Positions 8,329 through 16,978 of a stretch of DNA of 56,023 bases are shown one piece after another (position 1 is the first letter of the stretch; each line of letters starts with the position of its first letter). Origin of the DNA: Minisyncoccota bacterium (GTDB taxonomy: Bacteria > Patescibacteriota > Minisyncoccia > Phycocordibacterales > PALSA-1337); the NCBI GenBank assembly GCA_028713005.1, contig JAQTPC010000006.1, positions 1 through 56,023 of the forward strand, in the 5' to 3' direction. Below the pieces are notes generated by a model that saw only the letters and a list, made by a program, of their open reading frames with translations, had not been told where the DNA came from and searched no databases. The position numbers and the translations under genes are program-made.

Positions 8329-9822
8329 ATGGTATTCATGAAATACATCCCTACTATAGGACTTGAGATCCACGCCGAGCTCAACACCAAGTCAAAGATG
8401 TTTTGTGCATGCGCAAACAATCCTGATGAAGAAAAAGCCAATGCTAATGTCTGTTCTATTTGTCTTGGTCATCCCGGTACACTTCCTGTTTTGAATAGAG
8501 AGGCAATCAAGCATGTATTAAAGATCGGCATCGCTGTCGATGGTACGCTCGCAGACTTTACAGAGTGGGATCGTAAAAATTATTTTTATCCTGACATACC
8601 AAAAGGTTATCAGATCAGTCAGTATGCGTACCCTCTCATCAGTGGAGGTTCACTTGCCGGTGTCGCTCTCGAGCGCATCCATCTCGAAGAAGACACCGCT
8701 CAGTCGACACATGACACTCATGAAAAAAGTTTAGTGAATTTCAATCGTTCAGGAGTTCCTCTCATGGAGCTCGTAACCACCCCTACCATCCGTGACGCAA
8801 AAACTGCGACTGACTTTGCAAAAGAACTTCAGCTCCTCCTCCGCTACCTAGGTGCCGGTGAAGCCAACATGGAGAAAGGTGAGATGCGTGTCGAAGCAAA
8901 TATTTCTGTTGCCACACCCGAGGACACTGCAGCAAAAAAGTTTGGCACTAAGACTGAAGTAAAAAACCTCAACTCATTCCGTGCTGTTGAAGGTGCTATC
9001 GCCCATGAGATCGAGAGACAGATCGCACTCATCGAGGCTGGCGAAAAAGTAAAACAAGAGACTCGTGGCTGGGACGAAAAAACTAACAGCACATTCTCTC
9101 AGCGTTCAAAAGAAAGCTCACACGATTATCGCTACTTCCCTGACCCTGATATACCAAAGCTCAAGATTTCTGAGATACCTGAATTTGCAAAAGCTTCACT
9201 TGAAAATGAATTGAAAGACACTCATAACATCCTCAACTTCCCTTGGGTGCGTCGTGAACGATTCAAGAAAGAGTTTGGAGCAACTGACAAAGAAGCGGAA
9301 GTATTTGTTGATGATTACTCAGGCATACTTTCAAGATACTTTGATGATGTAGTTTCTGGTCTTACAAATAGTGATTCGAAGTCTACCCGCTTGGTTATCA
9401 ACTATCTTCTTACTGACTACGCAGGATTATTAAAAAAACTCCCTAATATAACTAATTGGGTTGATTCACTTGATTTTATTGCCCCTAAACACTTCGCAGA
9501 TCTCATAGACATGATTAGTGCCGGTGATATGTCGTCTTCTGGAGCAAAGAAGATCCTTTCCCTTCTCGTTACAGATGAGGCTTCAAAGAATATCTCACCT
9601 AAAGTACTTGCCGATACGCATGGACTCATCCAAAAAAGCGATGCTGCGTCTATAGAGCCAGCCATCGACAAAGTTATTGCTGACAATGCTGCAGTTGTAG
9701 CTGAATATAGAGCAGGCAAAGTCGCTTCTATACAGTTTTTGATTGGTCAAGCAATGAAAGCAACCAAGGGTGCCGCAAATCCTGCAGTTATAAAAGAGAT
9801 TTTGACCAAGAAGCTCAGTTAG
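8329..9822 (+). CDS. gatB: Asp-tRNA(Asn)/Glu-tRNA(Gln) amidotransferase subunit B
   Basis: IPTIGLEIHAELNTKSKMFCAC...CSICLGHPGTLPVLN...RVEANIS...DYRYFPDPD motifs and a C-terminal YqeY-like tail are present. ATG 8338 is an alternative start. Confidence 0.95.
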   Translation: MVFMKYIPTIGLEIHAELNTKSKMFCACANNPDEEKANANVCSICLGHPGTLPVLNREAIKHVLKIGIAVDGTLADFTEWDRKNYFYPDIPKGYQISQYAYPLISGGSLAGVALERIHLEEDTAQSTHDTHEKSLVNFNRSGVPLMELVTTPTIRDAKTATDFAKELQLLLRYLGAGEANMEKGEMRVEANISVATPEDTAAKKFGTKTEVKNLNSFRAVEGAIAHEIERQIALIEAGEKVKQETRGWDEKTNSTFSQRSKESSHDYRYFPDPDIPKLKISEIPEFAKASLENELKDTHNILNFPWVRRERFKKEFGATDKEAEVFVDDYSGILSRYFDDVVSGLTNSDSKSTRLVINYLLTDYAGLLKKLPNITNWVDSLDFIAPKHFADLIDMISAGDMSSSGAKKILSLLVTDEASKNISPKVLADTHGLIQKSDAASIEPAIDKVIADNAAVVAEYRAGKVASIQFLIGQAMKATKGAANPAVIKEILTKKLS

Positions 9823-9829
9823 CGAGGTC

Positions 9830-10072
9830 GGACCTATGAGAGGTTGAACCTCACTCCTGTTTGCGCTAATATAACTGTACAGAACTTGTTGTGGCTACCA
9901 CCCACATTCGGTCAGATAAAGCTGACATCTGTCAAAATCAATACAAAGAGCCTACAGGTCAGACCTCTCTGAGGTTGAACCTCTAGGAAAGCTCGGTGGA
10001 ACCGCGAAGAATATTTCTCCGCCCGAGCATGTACACAGTCTTACTGCGTGCGTGCTCGGGCGGATATTTTTA
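9830..10072 (+). promoter_or_regulatory. T-box leader (tRNA-sensing riboswitch) with an intrinsic terminator, upstream of thrS
   Basis: The T-box core GGTGGAACCGCG lies at 9995..10006. Antiterminator arms GCTCGG (9991..9996) and CCGAGC (10023..10028) flank it. A competing terminator pairs CCGCCCGAGCA (10019..10029) with TGCTCGGGCGG (10053..10063) and is followed by a T-run at 10067..10071. ACC-A at 9897..9900 is a candidate Thr specifier. Confidence 0.85.
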
Positions 10073-10136
10073 TAGGAACCTCTAGGTTTCCCCTCGAGGT
10101 CTTGCCAGTTAATTAACAATTATAACTTCTATTATC

Positions 10137-11894
10137 ATGAATCCTTCAAATGAAAAGCTCATCCATGCTCGTCACACCCTCGCCCACCTCATGGCAGCGG
10201 CAGTTCTTGAGCTCTATCCAGATGCAAAGCCGACAATCGGACCAGCGATCGATAATGGCTTTTACTATGACTATGAATTCCCTACCGAAAAGCCTACAGA
10301 GAAAGAACTGAAGGATATTGAAAAGAAGATGCGCAAGCTTTTGCCTTCATGGAAAGATATGTCAGGTAAAGAAGTTACAGAAGCTGAAGCTCGTGAAGCA
10401 TTCAAGGGCAATCAGTATAAACTCGAACTCATCTCTGACATTATAGCTAAGGGAGAAAAGATTACTCTCTATACTGCAAGACATTTCACTGATCTTTGTC
10501 GTGGTGGACATTCAGAGAGTCCGGTAAAGGACATTCCTGCCGATTCATTCAAGCTCTCACGCATCGCTGGTGCATACTGGAAAGGTAATGAAGCTAACAC
10601 TCAACTCACTCGTATATATGGATTAGCTTTTGAAACCAAAGTAGCACTCGACGCATACGAAACCATGATGAAGGAGGCTGAAAAGCGTGACCACCGCAAG
10701 ATTGGTAAAGAGATGGACATATTCGACTTTGATGATGATGTCGGCCCCGGCCTCGCACTCTGGCTCCCAAATGGAGCTGCTATCATCGAAGAACTTGAAA
10801 AGCTCGCCAAAGAAACAGAGTTCAAGGGTAACTATGTACGCGTAAAAACACCTCACCTAGCAAAGGAGTCTATGTATTTGAAGAGTGGTCATTTGCCTTA
10901 CTATGAAGATAGCATGTTCCCTCCTATGGAGTACGAGGGCGGCAAATATTATCTCAAAGCAATGAACTGCCCACACCATCACAAGATTTATGCAGCGCGA
11001 CCAAAGAGCTATCGCGACCTCCCTCTCCGCCTCGCTGAATATGGCACCTGTTATCGCCATGAGAAGTCAGGTGAACTATTTGGCCTCATGCGTGTACGTG
11101 CCCTCCAGATGAACGATGCGCATATATATTGTACTGAAGAGCAGTTTGCCGACGAGTTCCGTGCAGTCAATGAGATGTACCTCTACTATTTCAAGACGTT
11201 CGGCATCGACAAGTTCATCATGCGCTTTTCTACCCACGACCCAAAGAAGCTTGGTGAAAAATACGTGAATGATCCTGTCCTCTGGAAAAAGACCGAAGAC
11301 ATGGTACGCCAAGTTCTTATCGACTCAAAGATACCCTTTATCGAAGTACCAAATGAAGCTGCGTTTTATGGACCAAAGATCGATGTGCAGGTCTGGAGTG
11401 CTATTGGTCGCGAGTTTACATTGGCCACAAATCAAGTCGACTTCTCTGTGCCAAAGAAGTTTAACCTTACGTATGCCGACAAAGATGGCATAGACAAAAC
11501 ACCTCTCTGTATCCATCGTGCCCCACTCGGTACTCATGAACGCTTCATCGGCTTCCTTATAGAGCATTATGGAGGCAAGTTTCCGCTCTGGTTGGCTCCT
11601 GTGCAGGTTGCAGTCATCCCTGTCGGTGATGCACATATGGATGAAGCAAAAAAAGTTCATGAACTCCTCCGCTCAAACATGATTCGTTCTGAGTTCGATA
11701 GTTCAAACGCTGGCTTTGGCAAAAAGATCCGTAATGCCAAGACTGCAAACATTCCTTACTTCATCATCATTGGTGACAAAGATATAGCCGCTGGCGCAGT
11801 TACTCTCGAGAGTCGCGATCATGGTCAGATAGGACAACTCAAGGTTGAGGAGGTACTAAGTAAGATTGAGAGTGAGATTAAGGAGAAAAAATAA
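10137..11894 (+). CDS. thrS: Threonyl-tRNA synthetase (no N-terminal TGS domain)
   Basis: It begins in the editing/second-additional domain (HTLAHLMAAAVLELYPDAKPTIGPAIDNGFYYD). Class II core motifs are YLKAMNCPHHHKIY, YRHEKSGELFGLMRVR and a C-terminal anticodon-binding domain. Confidence 0.95.
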   Translation: MNPSNEKLIHARHTLAHLMAAAVLELYPDAKPTIGPAIDNGFYYDYEFPTEKPTEKELKDIEKKMRKLLPSWKDMSGKEVTEAEAREAFKGNQYKLELISDIIAKGEKITLYTARHFTDLCRGGHSESPVKDIPADSFKLSRIAGAYWKGNEANTQLTRIYGLAFETKVALDAYETMMKEAEKRDHRKIGKEMDIFDFDDDVGPGLALWLPNGAAIIEELEKLAKETEFKGNYVRVKTPHLAKESMYLKSGHLPYYEDSMFPPMEYEGGKYYLKAMNCPHHHKIYAARPKSYRDLPLRLAEYGTCYRHEKSGELFGLMRVRALQMNDAHIYCTEEQFADEFRAVNEMYLYYFKTFGIDKFIMRFSTHDPKKLGEKYVNDPVLWKKTEDMVRQVLIDSKIPFIEVPNEAAFYGPKIDVQVWSAIGREFTLATNQVDFSVPKKFNLTYADKDGIDKTPLCIHRAPLGTHERFIGFLIEHYGGKFPLWLAPVQVAVIPVGDAHMDEAKKVHELLRSNMIRSEFDSSNAGFGKKIRNAKTANIPYFIIIGDKDIAAGAVTLESRDHGQIGQLKVEEVLSKIESEIKEKK

Positions 11895-11905
11895 AATATA
11901 TATTT

Positions 11906-12859
11906 ATGGAAAAATTTAACCAGGAACATGATTCTACGCAACAGCTACTCAAAGATATTGAGGCGCAAGCAGAAAAAATAACCGAATCACGTATAAACCC
12001 TCTCGATTTTAAAGGGCACCCATTCTTTAAAGATGAAGAGATCGAGGATGACCTGAGACGCTGTCAGGAAAAAGAAATAAAGATTGCAGATCAAAGGCTT
12101 CAGCTTACACCTGAACAGTTGTTGGAAATTGAGAGGGGTGTATCTGCAGAATATACATTTAGACAAGCACTAGAAAATCATGGCTGGCTTGCAGATAAAG
12201 TCACTACCATTGTCGCTTCTCAGTTTGATGATTACTTCAAAGGTATAGATTCTATAGCCCAAATAGATCTTGGACCAGGACGCTATGAACATATCGGTTT
12301 TGCGCTTGATTTCAGCACATCGATAGAAGACTTGGGAAATAAACTCAGACACACATTTGATGCGATTGATAAAGGCTATAGCCCTTCAGTAAAATACTTT
12401 GATTCTGAAAAAACCGGTAAACTAAAGAATTTTAGAGTACCTAGAATAGTTATCGGCGGAAGCAAGGAGGTTTTTCATCGTCTTGCTGAATATACTGAAA
12501 ATAAAGAAGCTGTACCTAGTTCAGGAAATAAAACTCAGTATACTATCGAAGAAGACCCTTTCAAACACATCGTATTTGGAGAAATTATCGCTCAGCTGAG
12601 TACATTCTGTAATAGACTGGAAAAAGTCATCAAACAGGCTCAAGTCCAAAGACTGGGTGACGTCGAGAAACGAGCGACAGAATCTCTCGCCATGCACATG
12701 AACAGCCTTAAAATCATACAAGAACTTGCAAAAGAAAGAGGTAGCACGATGGACGTGATCTCTAAGAGCATTCGTGCCGATCAATTCGCTGTCAAAATGG
12801 GCACTGCCCTTTCTGCGCTTTCATTGACGCCGATTGAGCTTAAAAAAGATGCTAGATAA
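11906..12859 (+). CDS. Hypothetical protein (charged, helical N-terminus)
   Basis: A 317-aa ORF starts 11 nt after thrS. I recognise no family. Confidence 0.6.
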   Translation: MEKFNQEHDSTQQLLKDIEAQAEKITESRINPLDFKGHPFFKDEEIEDDLRRCQEKEIKIADQRLQLTPEQLLEIERGVSAEYTFRQALENHGWLADKVTTIVASQFDDYFKGIDSIAQIDLGPGRYEHIGFALDFSTSIEDLGNKLRHTFDAIDKGYSPSVKYFDSEKTGKLKNFRVPRIVIGGSKEVFHRLAEYTENKEAVPSSGNKTQYTIEEDPFKHIVFGEIIAQLSTFCNRLEKVIKQAQVQRLGDVEKRATESLAMHMNSLKIIQELAKERGSTMDVISKSIRADQFAVKMGTALSALSLTPIELKKDAR

Positions 12860-12876
12860 GGACATATTAAAAGAAA

Positions 12877-12902
12877 AAGGATGCCTGTGAAGACATCCTT
12901 TT
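12877..12902 (+). terminator. Weak intrinsic terminator after 11906..12859
   Basis: AAGGATG-loop-CATCCTT followed by TT then AAAATT. The U-tract is short. Confidence 0.45.
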
Positions 12903-12927
12903 AAAATTATGTTTGCGTTGTGTTACA

Positions 12928-13200
12928 TTATAATGATCTTTTTTTTGTTGTGATGCCCATGGCACCATTGTATTGATCCTCAGTTATGATCCTAGCCTGA
13001 CGAAGCTTCGATAGCCCCGTAGACACTACAAGCTTTTCAGGTTGACCCCGTGCTCGTATCTTACGAAGACGTGCAAGGACCACTGAAACATCTTGATCCG
13101 TTTGTCCGCCTTTGCCATTTTTCATACTTCTCACAGTATACCACATATATAAAATATATGCAAGTATTTGTACAGTCCCCCATATTATATGGCATAACAA
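12928..13200 (-). CDS. Small protein, possibly TM plus a SHOCT-like C-terminus; start uncertain
   Basis: GLSKLRQARIITEDQYNGAM resembles SHOCT short C-terminal domains. The N-terminus IIWGTVQILAYILYMWYTV is hydrophobic. The listed start overlaps a terminator hairpin, so M19 or M26 may be the real start. Confidence 0.3.
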   Translation of the reverse strand: MLCHIIWGTVQILAYILYMWYTVRSMKNGKGGQTDQDVSVVLARLRKIRARGQPEKLVVSTGLSKLRQARIITEDQYNGAMGITTKKRSL

Positions 13201-13220
13201 AAACCCCCATTTCTGGGGGC
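13194..13220 (-). terminator. Intrinsic terminator of the PKD-repeat gene
   Basis: The minus strand reads GCCCCCAGAAATGGGGG followed by TTTTTGTT. Confidence 0.7.
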
Positions 13221-13314
13221 TTCTGTTGTTATAGGATCTTTAGACATTATTTGGAGCTTTCTGCCAGAGGCAGACGAGCACACCCGCTCAATTCTCGTAC
13301 AATCATCAAAGATA

Positions 13315-14598
13315 TTAAATCTTTGGACGATTGAAGATAAGATACATAATAGTAGCAAAGAGAACGAGGATGATGAGTATAGCTACCCAACCCCAAGGAA
13401 TATTCTGGAGAGAGAAGAGGGCTGCTGCTGACTGACTATTGTTACTCTGGTTTTGGGCTGGAGTAACTTGAGTAGGAACAGGTTGTGTGATAACAGCACC
13501 ACCAGAACGGCGAACGTTCAATGTATTGCTACATGCACGTGTACCTGTCTTTCCATCAGCTGATGTGACAGAAACAATAGCGCTCTTTTCACCATATGAG
13601 TTGTAATACTTGATAGCTGAGATACCTGTACCAGAGAGGCCATCAGTACCTGACCATGAGTATGTGTAAGGACCGACGCCACCAGTAACTTCTACAGACC
13701 ACGTGATTGGTTGATTGAGAGAAGCTGTCTGTGGATCTGAGTAACAACCGATGTTAAGACCATTATTTGTATTCAATGGCTGAACGTAGTTGTAATACGT
13801 AGACTGATAGTTATTGTAATTATAACCAGTAACATTTACTGAACTTGAACAAGCTTGAGTTGTTGTCTGTCCATTTGAATAGACAGTAACAGTCGCAGTC
13901 TTGTATCCAGGATTGTTATAGGTAGTTGAGATAGTCTGACCGTTTCCGTAGAGACCATCAGTACCTGACCATGAGTAAGACGTACCATAGTTATTGTAAC
14001 CATTGTTATAAGAACCACCATAAATATTTGCTGTCCATGTGACTGTTGTACCTACATTCGTATATGAAGTGTTTGGAACACAAGAAACTTGGAGAGGATA
14101 ATATGTTGGAGGTGGAACATATACTGGAGGTGGAACGTACACTGGTGGCTGGTATACAGGAGGATACTGATAAGTATCACCGTATACAGTGACAGAACCA
14201 CTACATGAGACAGACTTTGTCTGACTTCCTGAAGTAACTGTCATAGTCGCACTCTTTGATCCACTGGTGTAATACACCTTTGAGATCGAAGGACCAGCAC
14301 CTGTGAGACCATCAGTACCTGACCATGAATAACTGAAAGACCCTGTACCGCCTGAGATGTTTGATACCCATGTAGCACTATCGCCAACATTTGCTGTCAA
14401 AGGCTGTGGGTAACACTGGACATAGAGAGGAGAGACTGAGGTCTGTGTTGGAGGGTAGTAAACTGGTGGATAGTATGTACCACAGTTTGAACTACAAGCC
14501 TCGGCCTTTGGAGCCTGAGACAAGCCAACAACAAAGACGAGAGCCAATCCGAGGACTATGCCGCCGAATATGTAGTTTTTGTTTATTTTATAATTCAT
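13315..14598 (-). CDS. Secreted protein with three PKD-like repeats, Pro/Tyr-rich linkers and a C-terminal TM anchor
   Basis: The signal peptide is MNYKINKNYIFGGIVLGLALVFVVGLSQAPKAEA. YSWSGTDGL(T/Y/S)G.G occurs three times. The 20-mer ccatcagtacctgaccatga is exact at 13640, 13955 and 14309. Linkers include YPPVYYPP and PPVYQPPVYVPPPVYVPPPTYYP. The C-terminus is WVAILIILVLFATIMYLIF. Confidence 0.8.
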   Translation of the reverse strand: MNYKINKNYIFGGIVLGLALVFVVGLSQAPKAEACSSNCGTYYPPVYYPPTQTSVSPLYVQCYPQPLTANVGDSATWVSNISGGTGSFSYSWSGTDGLTGAGPSISKVYYTSGSKSATMTVTSGSQTKSVSCSGSVTVYGDTYQYPPVYQPPVYVPPPVYVPPPTYYPLQVSCVPNTSYTNVGTTVTWTANIYGGSYNNGYNNYGTSYSWSGTDGLYGNGQTISTTYNNPGYKTATVTVYSNGQTTTQACSSSVNVTGYNYNNYQSTYYNYVQPLNTNNGLNIGCYSDPQTASLNQPITWSVEVTGGVGPYTYSWSGTDGLSGTGISAIKYYNSYGEKSAIVSVTSADGKTGTRACSNTLNVRRSGGAVITQPVPTQVTPAQNQSNNSQSAAALFSLQNIPWGWVAILIILVLFATIMYLIFNRPKI

Positions 14599-14707
14599 AT
14601 AATTAAAGCTAACACAGATTGATATACCACGTACAGTGGCTTAATCAAGCCGTAATAGCGGGTAGATTATTACTAAAGATACGCCTATAACAAGTCGTAT
14701 ATGTCAC

Positions 14708-14737
14708 ATTATATACTACTTATATCCTATTTGTCAA
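14708..14737 (-). promoter_or_regulatory. Consensus sigma70-type promoter for the PKD-repeat gene
   Basis: The minus strand shows TTGACA (14737..14732), an 18-nt spacer and TATAAT (14713..14708). Confidence 0.5.
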
Positions 14738-14785
14738 GTACCCCTATCCCCTGATTATTAGCCTTATTTTAAGGCCTGCTGTAGA

Positions 14786-14826
14786 TATAAAAATACACGC
14801 ATTGCTTTGAGCAGTGCGTGTATTTG
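14786..14826 (-). terminator. Intrinsic terminator after the SGNH-like gene
   Basis: An 11-bp stem AAATACACGCA / TGCGTGTATTT runs into a T-rich tract on the minus strand. Confidence 0.6.
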
Positions 14827-14839
14827 AAGAATATCAGTC

Positions 14840-15595
14840 TTAGGCCGTAATGACGATTTCGGCCAGTTCACGCCCAAGCAAAGCATGGGCGAATTGGGTT
14901 ATGTGCATACCATTGTTCAAGAATATCCTGTGGCGGGGATAGGGTTCGAGGATTTTTCGAGTCTCTAAAACCCGGAATCCTAGTTCCCTACTCAAGCAAC
15001 GGACATGCTTCGTAAGCGCGCCGCTCTGACAGTCAGACCACAGATCAAGGAATGGAAACGGCAGCAAGACGATTGGTTCAGCTCCTTGTCCCTTGATCTT
15101 GTGAACCATGCTCTTCATGGTTTCAAGATACACTGCTCTGTTTGTGCGAGGCTCGATATTAAGCATCACACCGAGCCGCCCTTTGATGAAACGCCGGACA
15201 TTACTCACTAAGTCGAACTGTTTAAGCGGACCAAAAAATGCTTCCAGATGCTCCGATGAGCTATTGCGCGAAGAAGCGCATGAATCGCTATGCGAACGCT
15301 TCATTTTCGTGAGGCCGAGGCGTTGCTTGATCGTATATGAGTATCCATACGGCGAAGCGATGTCCACCGAGGAAAACTGAATAACCACATGCGTCGGGTT
15401 TTTTCGAAGCACCTGTTTTTCCAGATGTTCCGATGCACGATCAATCGGAAATCCTGCCAGACTAGTAACAAGGGATTCGACAATGGCTTTTTCCTTGAGA
15501 TGATTCACTGCCTGACTGAAGAATGAATTTTCTTGCCCAAAGGGCTTTCCACTGATCATACATGCGCCGAAACCGGCAATCCTGATTTTTTTCAT
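14840..15595 (-). CDS. SGNH/GDSL-hydrolase-like protein (catalytic motifs not clearly intact)
   Basis: MKKIRIAGFGACMISGKPFGQ...VVIQFSSVDIA...LNNGMHITQFAHALLGRELAE has the layout of SGNH blocks I to V, but GDS and DxxH are substituted. It is visibly more GC-rich than its neighbours (by eye). Confidence 0.5.
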   Translation of the reverse strand: MKKIRIAGFGACMISGKPFGQENSFFSQAVNHLKEKAIVESLVTSLAGFPIDRASEHLEKQVLRKNPTHVVIQFSSVDIASPYGYSYTIKQRLGLTKMKRSHSDSCASSRNSSSEHLEAFFGPLKQFDLVSNVRRFIKGRLGVMLNIEPRTNRAVYLETMKSMVHKIKGQGAEPIVLLPFPFLDLWSDCQSGALTKHVRCLSRELGFRVLETRKILEPYPRHRIFLNNGMHITQFAHALLGRELAEIVITA

Positions 15596-15694
15596 ATACT
15601 TCCTTATGTTGAATTTTTTATGCCAATGAACGTTAAAAATACAGAAAAAACATACCACACTTTTTGTAAATGTGCAATATCCCTATATTAAATA

Positions 15695-15714
15695 GTGCCA
15701 AGGACCAGGATCGA
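15695..15714 (-). repeat. Exact 20-bp duplicate of the 3' end of tRNA-Phe (copy of 15732..15751)
   Basis: gtgccaaggaccaggatcga occurs twice, 37 bp apart. It covers part of the T-loop, the 3' T-stem and the acceptor 3' strand. Confidence 0.9.
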
Positions 15715-15732
15715 TTGTGCCGCGAAAATTTG

Positions 15733-15805
15733 TGCCAAGGACCAGGATCGAACTGGTGACCCTTCCCTCTTCAGGGGAATGCTCTACCAACTGAGCTACC
15801 TTGGC
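15733..15805 (-). tRNA. tRNA-Phe (GAA)
   Basis: The reverse complement is GCCAAGGTAGCTCAGTTGGTAGAGCATTCCCCTGAAGAGGGAAGGGTCACCAGTTCGATCCTGGTCCTTGGCA. It folds as a cloverleaf with anticodon loop CTGAAGA. CCA is not encoded. Confidence 0.95.
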
Positions 15806-16077
15806 GAAATTAAATCTCTTATCGATGACGCTGCATCATTTGCCGCATTTACATTCCCCACTAAACCACTGAGCGAACTGAGTGACCCGAGCATAACATT
15901 GATGTATGGCTGGATAGCATAGTATGCCCCAAAACTAACCACAAGTATGACGACCCAGTACGCTATCCTCATTATGTTTGTGATACGAGCACCACGGCGC
16001 ATACTTATAAGAATGTTGTTATTCTCTTCAACAAGCTTATACGTGCGCTCTAACAATGATTTTTCCTCAGGCGTCAT
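15796..16077 (-). CDS. Small membrane protein (one TM)
   Basis: MTPEEKSLLERTYKLVEENNNILISMRRGARITNIMRIAYWVVILVVSFGAYYAIQPYI. Its TAG stop is nucleotides 8-10 of tRNA-Phe. Confidence 0.5.
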   Translation of the reverse strand: MTPEEKSLLERTYKLVEENNNILISMRRGARITNIMRIAYWVVILVVSFGAYYAIQPYINVMLGSLSSLSGLVGNVNAANDAASSIRDLISPR

Positions 16078-16153
16078 GCTCAAAACATTAACAGAAAACG
16101 AGCTTATTTGCAAAAGTATAACACTGAATGAATATGTGATATATTCAATTATC

Positions 16154-16225
16154 GCCCTCGTAGTTCAACGGATAGAACAACTCCGTCCTAAGGAGTGGAT
16201 GTCAGTTCAATTCTGGCCGAGGGTA
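16154..16225 (+). tRNA. tRNA-Arg (CCT)
   Basis: GCCCTCGTAGTTCAACGGATAGAACAACTCCGTCCTAAGGAGTGGATGTCAGTTCAATTCTGGCCGAGGGTA folds as a cloverleaf with anticodon loop GTCCTAA and a G1-U72 pair. CCA is not encoded. Confidence 0.9.
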
Positions 16226-16260
16226 CTATACACAAAAAACTCCTGATTCAGCGGAATCAT

Positions 16261-16300
16261 GTCCGCGCCGCGTCCTTTAAGCGCGGACGGAGCTTTTTTT
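16261..16300. terminator. Hairpin with flanking A and T runs between tRNA-Arg and the PPIase gene (possibly bidirectional)
   Basis: GTCCGCGC...GCGCGGAC stem, then GGAGC, then TTTTTTT. Confidence 0.5.
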
Positions 16301-16318
16301 GAGAAATTGTTTATGAGC

Positions 16319-16975
16319 TTATTTAATGTCAGCTACAGTAACCTTTTTCATGACAACAGCCTGAAGCGGCTTGTCTGAACCATCAACTGGTGTAGAAGCT
16401 ATTGCATCAACTACATCCATACCTGAGATGACCTTACCGAAGATACTATAGTTGTGCGGGAGTGGAGTATCTTTGTGCATGATAAAGAACTGACTACCAT
16501 TCGTATTTGGTCCTGCATTTGCCATAGCAACGACACCACGGACATATCCAGCCTTATATGAAGCAGTTGTTGGATCGAGCTCATCAGCGAACTTATATCC
16601 AGGACCACCTGTTCCTGTGCCAGTCGGATCACCACCCTGGATCATGAATCCTTCGATGACACGATGGAAAATGAGATTGTTATAAAAACCCTTGTTAGCA
16701 AGAGAGATGAAGTTTGCAGCGGTTTTTGGTGCATCATTATCATATGTCTCAAAAACGATCGTACCTTTGTTTGTTTCAATAGTAATAGTGTGGTGCATAG
16801 TAGTATTTGTTGATGAAGTAGTAACTGGTGCTGTTAATGTCGATGTGGTTGCCACAGGTGCCTGTACAACAGGTGTTTGTTCATTGCTCTTTGGATACTG
16901 TGAGCGATGATCGAGTAATAGCCAGAGGAAAGCGATCGCAGCAAGCACTAATATCAAAATAATAAGTTTTTTCAT
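16319..16975 (-). CDS. Cyclophilin-type peptidyl-prolyl cis-trans isomerase, membrane-anchored or secreted
   Basis: FHRVIEGFMIQGGDPTGTGTGGPGYKF and GSQFFIM signatures are present. The N-terminal TM is KKLIILILVLAAIAFLWLLL, followed by a Thr/Ser-rich linker. Confidence 0.9.
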   Translation of the reverse strand: MKKLIILILVLAAIAFLWLLLDHRSQYPKSNEQTPVVQAPVATTSTLTAPVTTSSTNTTMHHTITIETNKGTIVFETYDNDAPKTAANFISLANKGFYNNLIFHRVIEGFMIQGGDPTGTGTGGPGYKFADELDPTTASYKAGYVRGVVAMANAGPNTNGSQFFIMHKDTPLPHNYSIFGKVISGMDVVDAIASTPVDGSDKPLQAVVMKKVTVADIK

Positions 16976-16978
16976 AGT

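Noticed and set aside
9830-10136. Short repeated motifs in the thrS leader (gaggttgaacctc twice, gaacctctagg twice) as a mobile or REP-like element.
   Set aside because: They fall within or just after a region fully explained by a T-box leader, and I saw no copies elsewhere in the window. They are noted only inside the T-box finding.
15695-15922. 75-aa plus-strand ORF (MPRTRIDCAAKICAKDQDRTGDPSLF...).
   Set aside because: It is the antisense of tRNA-Phe and of its duplicated 3' end.
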